In this document: positions 55,741-62,998 of the stretch, piece after piece | Layout of the letters: every line of letters starts with the position of its first letter | Position numbering within the stretch: position 1 is the stretch's first letter | Assembly: GCA_964502525.1 (NCBI GenBank) | Contig: CAZCXH010000001.1 | Coordinates: forward strand, 37,480 to 101,479 | DNA: 64,000 nucleotides | DNA from: an uncultured Chitinophagaceae bacterium | GTDB taxonomy: Bacteria; Bacteroidota; Bacteroidia; Chitinophagales; CAIOSU01 | Reading direction: 5' to 3' | Made by a program: the position numbers and the translations under genes | Notes under the pieces: model-generated | What the model was told of the DNA's origin: nothing | Databases searched by the model: none | The model's input: only the letters and a program-made list of their open reading frames with translations

Positions 55741-55831
55741 AAATTATTTAATTATTTTTGAAATCTAAAAGACGATTTGAACACAAGATAAGGAATTTCA
55801 TCCGGGATTCAGCAACCCTAAATATCGGGAT

Positions 55832-55930
55832 GATTTTTATACCTTCGGCAAACAGGTTCCCGAGACTGTACTGCATAGTACCCAATAGTATATCCGATCA
55901 TGTTTCGTTTTTCACACTTGTTTCGGGATA
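55832..55930 (-). repeat. dispersed repeat, copy 3 (hairpin-less variant)
   Basis: Its reverse complement matches both flanks of copies 1 and 2 but lacks the ~29-nt central hairpin. It lies in the 5' leader/promoter region of the 53833..55740 gene, on the same strand. Confidence 0.6.
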
Positions 55931-55979
55931 ATCAGCCTCACCGCTAGCATGGTCTTTGAATCTGGCATTTTCCCCTTTT

Positions 55980-56474
55980 TCACTTGTGATTTGACGGATA
56001 ATCAAACAGCGTCATCTTGCCGTTGCTGAATGAAACATCCTTCCAACTATCTGCCGCAAACGCAATCCCCACCACCCCGTTGGTCGGCACGTTGTCAATC
56101 GTCTTTTCGGAAAAGCGATTGGCAACTTCAGTGAAATCGGGATTGTGACCGAAGATGAACACAGTTTTTGACGCGTCATCTAATTGATTCACCACCTTCA
56201 GAATATTATTCACGCCCTCAAAATAAAGAAGGTCATCCACCGCTATCTTATTTTCATCGTAGCCCAACTTGCCCGCATAAATTTTTGCCGTTGACAGCGC
56301 CCTGTCAGCCGGGCTGGAAACAATATGCTCAGGAACAATATCCTGCCTCCGGAGAACCTTCGCCATCAGCTTCGCGTTTTTGATGCCCCGCCTTTTCAGC
56401 GGTCTTTCCTTGTCGGAAAGGTTGCCGTCATCCCAGCTTGATTTTCCATGACGGATAAGATATAACTGTTTCAT
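55980..56474 (-). CDS. histidine phosphatase family protein (SixA-like)
   Basis: LYLIRHGKS (RHG motif) and a later GHNP; 164 aa. Confidence 0.8.
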   Translation of the reverse strand: MKQLYLIRHGKSSWDDGNLSDKERPLKRRGIKNAKLMAKVLRRQDIVPEHIVSSPADRALSTAKIYAGKLGYDENKIAVDDLLYFEGVNNILKVVNQLDDASKTVFIFGHNPDFTEVANRFSEKTIDNVPTNGVVGIAFAADSWKDVSFSNGKMTLFDYPSNHK

Positions 56475-57139
56475 GTTATTTTCACCCCCTGAGGAGGAAG
56501 CAAAACCGGATTCTCAAAACAATAAGACAAAATAAATCCATTGGTGATTTCAAAAAAAACCGTTTGAATGATTTCTTTTTCGTTCTTTTTTATCCGTGAT
56601 TTAAAACTTCCAGCCTCCTGCGAGTGAGGAATTTCGAGATGGATGTCATCGCTGAACGACAACCCCATCCGGCCCGTCATTTTATATATGCTTTCTTTTG
56701 CCGACCAGCAAAGTGTTATTTTCCAAAGTTCCGGATTATTCCCAAGCAAGTCTTTTTCATGCGCGTTGATAAACTTATGCATCACCTTCTTCACCCTGCC
56801 GCTGATTTCTTCGATGTCAATTCCAACGGATCTGTTTTCACCCACCATTGCCGCCACCATTTCCTTGCTGTGTGAAAGCGAAATAGACGGACCGCCAGCA
56901 ACTGACAGGCTTCCGTTTTCGTTTACTGCAATTGCAGCGCTGTCGTCATTCAGCATTTCCCGCAGCAAAAAGCGCGAGGCAAGAAATTCCCGCTGACGGT
57001 TTTTGCTGAACCGCTCCCCGCTGAATCCGGTCATATATCCCGGAGGAAGCCGGCTCCTGAAAAAATCAATCTCCTCGCCAGCCTTCCAAATCCCGATTCT
57101 CACATTTTTTGATACTTCCTCTATCTTTATCAAAGCCAT
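56471..57139 (-). CDS. 4'-phosphopantetheinyl transferase
   Basis: GIDIEEI and WSAKES.YK motifs. The ATG at 57139 is preferred over the TTG at 57160. Confidence 0.8.
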   Translation of the reverse strand: MALIKIEEVSKNVRIGIWKAGEEIDFFRSRLPPGYMTGFSGERFSKNRQREFLASRFLLREMLNDDSAAIAVNENGSLSVAGGPSISLSHSKEMVAAMVGENRSVGIDIEEISGRVKKVMHKFINAHEKDLLGNNPELWKITLCWSAKESIYKMTGRMGLSFSDDIHLEIPHSQEAGSFKSRIKKNEKEIIQTVFFEITNGFILSYCFENPVLLPPQGVKIT

Positions 57140-57199
57140 AGTCAGTTTACGGTTTATCAAGAACAGAACTCCGGACTATGATCATCAGGCTTATAATCC

Positions 57200-58114
57200 A
57201 TGCCGCAAGTTAAGATTACTAAGGTTGCCTCAGTAAAAGCGCACACCGGAGCGATTTATACGCTTCTCCGCAATGACGTTGCGCAGGATTCCTTTTATTC
57301 GGCCGGGGGTGACGGCAATGTCATCAGGTGGGGATTAAACGATTTGACGGTTGCGGTAAAAGCAGCTCATGTTCCCGCAAGCATCTTCAGCATGATATTG
57401 CTGCCGGAAGAAAATCATTTGGTGATCGGGCAGATGCATGGAGGAATTCATGTCCTCGATTTGAATGACAAAAAAGAAATCAAACATCTCGCCTGTCACC
57501 TGCGTGGTGTTTTCGACCTGCAATATGATGACAGAAGCAAGCGCATGGTTGCCGGTGGAGGTGACGGAGTTCTTTCAATCTGGGACGATGAATTTTCATT
57601 AAAGAACACCATTCAGCTCTCGCAGAAAAGCATCCGCAGCCTTGCGTTCAATCCTTCAGGACAAATGCTGGCGGCAGGATGCAGCGATAACTCAGCTTAC
57701 ATTCTTCACTGCGCTGATTGGAATATTCTTCATCAATTGCAGGAACATCAGAACTCGGTCTTTGCCGTGTGCTTTTCTCCAGACGGAAAATACCTGCTCA
57801 CAGGATCGCGCGATGCGCACCTGAGAATTTGGGAAGCAGCGGATGATTTCCGCCTGGTGAAAGCGATTCCTGCGCATCTTTTCACTATCAATTGCATTGC
57901 TTATAATCCTAATGGAAAACATTTGGCCACCGCCAGCCGCGACAAAACGATAAAAATCTGGGGTGCAGACAGCCTTGAGTTGCTGAAGGTGATTGACAAA
58001 GAAAAACTGGACGGCCACACCAACTCCGTGAACAAACTTGTCTGGATGAGCGACAGAATTCTTGTCTCATGCAGTGATGACAGGAACATCATTGCATGGA
58101 GAGTCGAATACTGA
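57200..58114 (+). CDS. WD40-repeat protein (7 blades)
   Basis: Recurrent GH...V..L.F.PDG..L.TGS.D..I..W units. Confidence 0.85.
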   Translation: MPQVKITKVASVKAHTGAIYTLLRNDVAQDSFYSAGGDGNVIRWGLNDLTVAVKAAHVPASIFSMILLPEENHLVIGQMHGGIHVLDLNDKKEIKHLACHLRGVFDLQYDDRSKRMVAGGGDGVLSIWDDEFSLKNTIQLSQKSIRSLAFNPSGQMLAAGCSDNSAYILHCADWNILHQLQEHQNSVFAVCFSPDGKYLLTGSRDAHLRIWEAADDFRLVKAIPAHLFTINCIAYNPNGKHLATASRDKTIKIWGADSLELLKVIDKEKLDGHTNSVNKLVWMSDRILVSCSDDRNIIAWRVEY

Positions 58115-58171
58115 TTGATTTTTTTAATCAATCTCCACTTGTATCTTCGCACTCCCAATTCCATTTCAACC

Positions 58172-58708
58172 ATGATCCTCTCCGACAAAGAAATTCTTTT
58201 AGAAATTGAAAACGGCAACATCCTCATCGAGCCGTTTCGCCAGGACTGCCTTGGAAGCAATTCGTATGACGTGCACCTCGGCAGGTATCTGTCGGTGTAT
58301 AAGAACCACCAGCTCGACTCGCGGGCGCACAATGAGGTGTCGGAAATAATGATCCCAGATGAGGGCTTCGTTTTGCAGCCGGGCACGCTTTATCTGGGCG
58401 TGACAGAGGAATATACCGAGTCGCACAAGCATGTGCCGTTTCTGGAGGGGAAGTCGAGCCTCGGCAGGCTGGGCATCAGTATTCACGCCACTGCGGGCAA
58501 GGGTGACGTAGGCTTCTGCAACACGTGGACGCTGGAGATCTCGTGCATACATCCGGTGAGGGTCTATCCGGGAATGCCCATCGGTCAGTTGATTTACTTC
58601 ATGGTGAAAGGCGAGGTGGAAACGACTTATGACAAGAAGCGCAACGCCAAATACAACAAGCGCACGCTGAAGCCGGTGGAATCAATGATGTGGAAGAATA
58701 AGTTTTAA
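58172..58708 (+). CDS. dcd: dCTP deaminase
   Basis: MILSDKEI, NSYD..LG and EGKSSLGRLGI blocks. The ATG at 58172 gives about 178 aa. Confidence 0.9.
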   Translation: MILSDKEILLEIENGNILIEPFRQDCLGSNSYDVHLGRYLSVYKNHQLDSRAHNEVSEIMIPDEGFVLQPGTLYLGVTEEYTESHKHVPFLEGKSSLGRLGISIHATAGKGDVGFCNTWTLEISCIHPVRVYPGMPIGQLIYFMVKGEVETTYDKKRNAKYNKRTLKPVESMMWKNKF

Positions 58709-58721
58709 TTAGATGTTGGAT

Positions 58722-58777
58722 GTTAGACATTAGATGTTAGATTATTAGAATCTATAGTCTAACGTCTAATGTCTAAC
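58722..58777. terminator. imperfect 21-bp-stem hairpin between the convergent dcd and porT (possible bidirectional terminator)
   Basis: gttagacattagatgttagat pairs with gtctaacgtctaatgtctaac (2 mismatches) around a 13-nt loop. It is embedded in a tctaa(c/t) stutter tract. Confidence 0.4.
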
Positions 58778-58825
58778 CTCTAATGTCTAACCTCTAATAT
58801 CTAACTACCCTAATATCTAACTACC

Positions 58826-59548
58826 CTATCCTTCAAAATGGAGCGAGAATATGATCGCCCTCGAAAACAGCTTGTCAATCACCCTTGAATAAATAAGGGT
58901 TTCATTGCGCGAGTGAATATTAATGAAGCCGTTTGCCACCTTCAGTTCCGGAGAGAGAATGAACAGCGGGAAGAAAAACTGAACGCCAAACCCCAGTTCG
59001 TAGGCCAGATCATGCCGGCCCACCTTCACCTGGTCGTCCGCGCGCCTTGCCTTCGCGTTGGAAGCAAGGTCAACATTATATTTCAAGCCAGTGAGCACAT
59101 AGAGCCTTATGTCCTTAATCGGCTGCGATATAAACCTGATTTCAACCGGGAATTCAATGTTGATGGACTCAATGGACTTGTTGTCTATTCCCCCGTCATA
59201 CATCACATATTGCAAATCCTTTCCGGCAAAGGACAGCGTTGGAATGAAGCGCAGGTCAAAGTATTTGCTCAGCCGCAGGTTAGAAATAATGCCCAGGTTG
59301 AAACCGGGTCCCCTGCCCGAGCTTACCGATTGAACCGAATCGGTGTCCTGCCCGATGAACTCTTCAGAATGGGTTATTTTAAAATTGGATGAGTTGAAAC
59401 CCAGCATGATGCCGAAGTACAGCCTCTTGTTCAGATACTCAAGATAGTTGAGCTGCGCCTGCGAAGCGAGCGGGAACAACAGCAGGCAGGCGATTATGAT
59501 TTTATGCCGGTATAGATTGACGCTATTCCGAATGTTAAGTTTTTGCAT
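58826..59548 (-). CDS. porT: PorT-family outer-membrane beta-barrel protein
   Basis: Signal peptide ...PLASQAQ, alternating beta-strand pattern, C-terminal aromatic residue. It has the conserved position after ubiE, as in other Bacteroidota. Confidence 0.65.
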   Translation of the reverse strand: MQKLNIRNSVNLYRHKIIIACLLLFPLASQAQLNYLEYLNKRLYFGIMLGFNSSNFKITHSEEFIGQDTDSVQSVSSGRGPGFNLGIISNLRLSKYFDLRFIPTLSFAGKDLQYVMYDGGIDNKSIESINIEFPVEIRFISQPIKDIRLYVLTGLKYNVDLASNAKARRADDQVKVGRHDLAYELGFGVQFFFPLFILSPELKVANGFINIHSRNETLIYSRVIDKLFSRAIIFSLHFEG

Positions 59549-60225
59549 TGAACAGATTTGAATCCCGCTTCCTCCAATAGCCTGCAAAATCCCTGCCCGT
59601 CAGGAAAGGATTGCACCGACTCCGGCAGATAGCTGTAAGCCCGCTGGTCATTTGAAAAAATTTTCCCGATGACAGGCAACACATAGTGAAAGTAAAAATA
59701 GAAAATTTGCTTTACCGGAAACACGCGGGGCTTTGAAAATTCAAGCACAACGAGCATCCCGCCTGCTTTCAAAACTCTACACATTTCCAATATGCCTTTT
59801 TCAAGGTTTTCAAAATTGCGAACCCCGAAACCAACGGTTACCGCATCGAATCTATTGTCCGGGAAGGAAAGTTTTTCCGAATCAGCGCGTTCAAACCTGA
59901 TGCGCCCGGCCAGATTTTTTCTCTTTATTTTCCGCTTGCCGATTTCGAGCATCTTCTCCGAAATGTCAACTCCGATTATTTCAGAAGGAGAGAGGCGATG
60001 CAATTCAATGGCAAAATCTCCGGTGCCCGATGCAACATCAAGAATGGATTCCGGATGCAACGGTTTCAGCAAATTAACCGCCTTTCTTCTCCATAGCTTG
60101 TCAATATTCAGCGAAAGCAGATGGTTCAAAAAATCATACGTGGGGGCGATGTTGTCAAACATCTGCTCCACCTGTTGTTTTTTGCCGGCAGGTTGATTGT
60201 GGGGAGTTGCTTGGCGGGTTTCCAA
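59494..60225 (-). CDS. ubiE: demethylmenaquinone / ubiquinone C-methyltransferase
   Basis: YDFLN..LS......WR, the SAM motif LDVASGTGD, and a C-terminal GIA.IY.G.K. Confidence 0.9.
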   Translation of the reverse strand: METRQATPHNQPAGKKQQVEQMFDNIAPTYDFLNHLLSLNIDKLWRRKAVNLLKPLHPESILDVASGTGDFAIELHRLSPSEIIGVDISEKMLEIGKRKIKRKNLAGRIRFERADSEKLSFPDNRFDAVTVGFGVRNFENLEKGILEMCRVLKAGGMLVVLEFSKPRVFPVKQIFYFYFHYVLPVIGKIFSNDQRAYSYLPESVQSFPDGQGFCRLLEEAGFKSVQCKNLTFGIASIYTGIKS

Positions 60226-60295
60226 TGAAGAGGGAACTTTGAAGGCTGAAACCTGTCAGGTTTTGGAAAACTGACCGGTCTGCGAAATTAATCTA

Positions 60296-60874
60296 TTGAA
60301 AACACCTCAGTTCATCGGCAGTTTCACAGGCATCAGGCAGATGCAGGACAAGAGCCTGCCCGAGTTTGCCTTTGCGGGAAGGTCAAACGTGGGCAAATCA
60401 TCGCTCATCAATTATCTGGTGAATGTAAAAAACCTTGCCCGCGTTTCCCAGACTCCCGGAAAAACGCAGCTTATCAATTACTTCCGCGTGGATGACAAGT
60501 GGCATCTTGTTGACCTGCCCGGATTCGGGTTTGCGAAAGTATCGAAGGAAAAACGGATAACGTTTCAAGTCATGATAACCGATTATCTCACCAAAAGCGA
60601 AATGCTCAACTGTGTTTTCCTGCTGGTTGATTCGCGCATACCGCCTCAGCAAAACGACCTCGACTTTGCCAACTGGATGGGTGAAAATCAAATCCCCTTC
60701 GTGCTGGTGTTTACCAAAGCCGACAAATATCCTTCAGCGCAAGTCAAGTCAAATATTGAAGCGTTTAAAAAAGCCATGCTTGAAAGATGGGAAGAACTGC
60801 CTCAGATATTCATCACTTCCGCAAAGAAGAAGGCAGGACGGGAGGAACTGATGAAGTTCATTCAAAGATCGTAA
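60296..60874 (+). CDS. engB: ribosome-biogenesis GTPase YsxC/EngB
   Basis: G1 is GRSNVGKSS, G3 is DLPGFG and G4 is TKADK. Uses a TTG start. Confidence 0.9.
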   Translation: MKTPQFIGSFTGIRQMQDKSLPEFAFAGRSNVGKSSLINYLVNVKNLARVSQTPGKTQLINYFRVDDKWHLVDLPGFGFAKVSKEKRITFQVMITDYLTKSEMLNCVFLLVDSRIPPQQNDLDFANWMGENQIPFVLVFTKADKYPSAQVKSNIEAFKKAMLERWEELPQIFITSAKKKAGREELMKFIQRS

Positions 60875-61000
60875 ATGCGCTTATTGGCAAAGCCGAAACC
60901 CCGAGCTTTAGCCAGCAGGCTGAAACTTGATAACGGCAATCAAAGTGGAGGGAAAAAGTTGTAAATCCTGGCAAATGAAAACAAACGAATGGCAGTTTAT

Positions 61001-61392
61001 GAACCGGACTGAACATATTTGCTTTTCAATGATTCAATAAATGCGTTTTGCTGTTGTCGTTTTTGAACATCCTGAGGGTCGGCATTTGCTGCAGCAAGCT
61101 GTTTGAGTTTCCGATTCTCCTCATCAAAAATTTTCATCTGCTCCTCTGAAAATTCCAGCGGAAGCATCCCGTTATAGTTTTTAACATACCCAAGCTGAAC
61201 CGGACTGAACATATTTGCTTTTCAATGATTCAATAAATGCGTTTTGCTGTTGTCGTTTTTGAACATCCTGAGGGTCGGCATTTGCTGCAGCAAGCTGTTT
61301 GAGTTTCCGATTCTCCTCATCAAAAATTTTCATCTGCTCCTCTGAAAATTCCAGCGGAAGCATCCCGTTATAGTTTTTAACATACCCAAGCT
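61001..61392. repeat. exact 2 x 196-bp tandem duplication
   Basis: 61001-61196 and 61197-61392 are identical base for base on manual comparison. The duplication spans the 3' end of the sulfotransferase gene. Confidence 0.9.
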
Positions 61393-62224
61393 CTTCAAGC
61401 ACGTCACCCGCAACGGACTCGAATATTCTTAATTCTTCCCTGGTCATTTCTTTCAGATATTTTCCGGAGTTATCCCTAAGAATAGGTTTTGACACGTTCT
61501 CCCACATTTTTCCCGAGCTGGCAGTTTTCCGGGATTCATCTGACTGATAAAAGTTGAGCACTTCCGGGTTATACTTCACCCCTATCATCCCGCAAAGCTG
61601 CTCCATATATTTTTCCGGCTGGGCGATGAGATCCTCGTATTTGATGATCACAAACCTTCCCGCTGGCAAAGATCTGATATGCTTCAAGGCAAGCAGTTGA
61701 TCATTTCTCCACCGGTGGGCAAGATGATAGATGTGTTTTTCACCGATCATTATTTTTTCAAATGAAAGCGCAACATCCCTTCCGTCACGATAAATATAAA
61801 TAATGAACGGGGCGAATCCTTCCCTTTCATATTTGTCAAGATGGTATAATGACTCCAGGCTTTTGCAGCACCAGATGGATTTGTTTTTTTCAATACATTT
61901 CAGTTCGTTGATTTTAATGAACACCTCGAGCAGCGTTCTTCTTTGGCACATATTGAACACCCTGTCCCTGTCAAATTTGGCATCGTCCCACGGAACCGGG
62001 TTCAGTTCGATAAGAGTGCATACGTCACTGATAAGCGCTCTGAAATTTTCGTCCCTGCCCAAATCGCCATAGCTGGGAAGCAATGGATAAAATGTAACCA
62101 GCACATGGGGAGCATGAGGGCCGAAAATCTCCGGAAGCTGGTCGAGCATCAGCCGCAAAAGATTCGAGCCGGAACGTTGGGTTCCAATCATTTGCAAAGC
62201 CTTGAAGGAAGGAGATGCCGGCAT
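61181..62224 (-). CDS. PAPS-type sulfotransferase family protein (C-terminus altered by the duplication)
   Basis: The GTQRSGSNLL 5'-PSB loop near the N-terminus and the RDGRDV region. The ORF now ends ...YVQSGSAWVC* at the duplication junction. The undisturbed copy ends ...YVQSGS* at 60997. Confidence 0.8.
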   Translation of the reverse strand: MPASPSFKALQMIGTQRSGSNLLRLMLDQLPEIFGPHAPHVLVTFYPLLPSYGDLGRDENFRALISDVCTLIELNPVPWDDAKFDRDRVFNMCQRRTLLEVFIKINELKCIEKNKSIWCCKSLESLYHLDKYEREGFAPFIIYIYRDGRDVALSFEKIMIGEKHIYHLAHRWRNDQLLALKHIRSLPAGRFVIIKYEDLIAQPEKYMEQLCGMIGVKYNPEVLNFYQSDESRKTASSGKMWENVSKPILRDNSGKYLKEMTREELRIFESVAGDVLEELGYVKNYNGMLPLEFSEEQMKIFDEENRKLKQLAAANADPQDVQKRQQQNAFIESLKSKYVQSGSAWVC

Positions 62225-62310
62225 TGAAAGTCTTTATCGTAATGCAGTTTTACGCGATAGCGCGCCCGAAGTTAAATGGTTCATGCGTATTTTTACCGCG
62301 CAAATTGCAG

Positions 62311-62973
62311 ATGCGAACAGTATCAACTTTCTGGTGGGTTTCCCTTTTTGTCCTGCTGAACTCATCTTGTAAAAAAAATACAGGTATTGTACAGGATATT
62401 GATGGCAACAGCTATCCAACTGTTGCTATAGGCGGACAAATCTGGATGGCGGAGAACCTCAAGGTAAGCCGCTACAGGAACGGTGATTCAATACCACGGC
62501 TGAAAAGCGATAAGGAATGGAAAAACTCAAAAGAAGGCGGGTGGTGCTACTACGAAAACGACTCGGCCAATAACAACGCCTACGGGAAGCTGTATAACTG
62601 GAACGCCATGAATGACAGGCGTGGTTTGTGCCCTGAAGGATGGCATGTGCCTGCAAGGGATGAGTTTCAGAAACTTATAGACTATTCCGGGGGCAATGCG
62701 GTTGCGGGCGCTGCATTGAAAACTGCAGCGCTGTGGCAGATGCCCGGTGAAATAGAATCGCGCAACATCGGATTTAACGCAAAGCCGGGAGGAGCGCGGT
62801 ACTATTCTGGCGTTTTTTATTACCTGGGTTATTTTGCCGGATTCTGGACGTCAACGGAGGGTAACCGCGATTTTGGATGGTCATGTTACTTAGACATCAA
62901 TTCAAAGGCAGTCTTTCAGTTTTTTGGAAAAAATACCGGATTTTCGTGCCGTTGCATCAGGGATAGCAGCTGA
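62311..62973 (+). CDS. FISUMP-domain lipoprotein (Fibrobacter succinogenes major paralogous domain)
   Basis: Lipobox LNSSC. Contains DIDGNSYPTVAIGGQIWMAENL, YGKLYNW, CPEGWHVP and FSCRCI. Confidence 0.8.
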   Translation: MRTVSTFWWVSLFVLLNSSCKKNTGIVQDIDGNSYPTVAIGGQIWMAENLKVSRYRNGDSIPRLKSDKEWKNSKEGGWCYYENDSANNNAYGKLYNWNAMNDRRGLCPEGWHVPARDEFQKLIDYSGGNAVAGAALKTAALWQMPGEIESRNIGFNAKPGGARYYSGVFYYLGYFAGFWTSTEGNRDFGWSCYLDINSKAVFQFFGKNTGFSCRCIRDSS

Positions 62974-62998
62974 CATTCAGGCATCTCCCATCTATTAT

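Noticed and set aside
58709-58826. CRISPR-like appearance of the short tctaac repeats
   Set aside because: The period is only 6-22 nt, there are no unique spacers, and there are no cas genes. It is a degenerate stutter and hairpin, not an array.
60997-61212. 71-aa ORF resembling the sulfotransferase C-terminus
   Set aside because: It is the leftover 3' gene fragment created by the 196-bp tandem duplication, not an independent gene.
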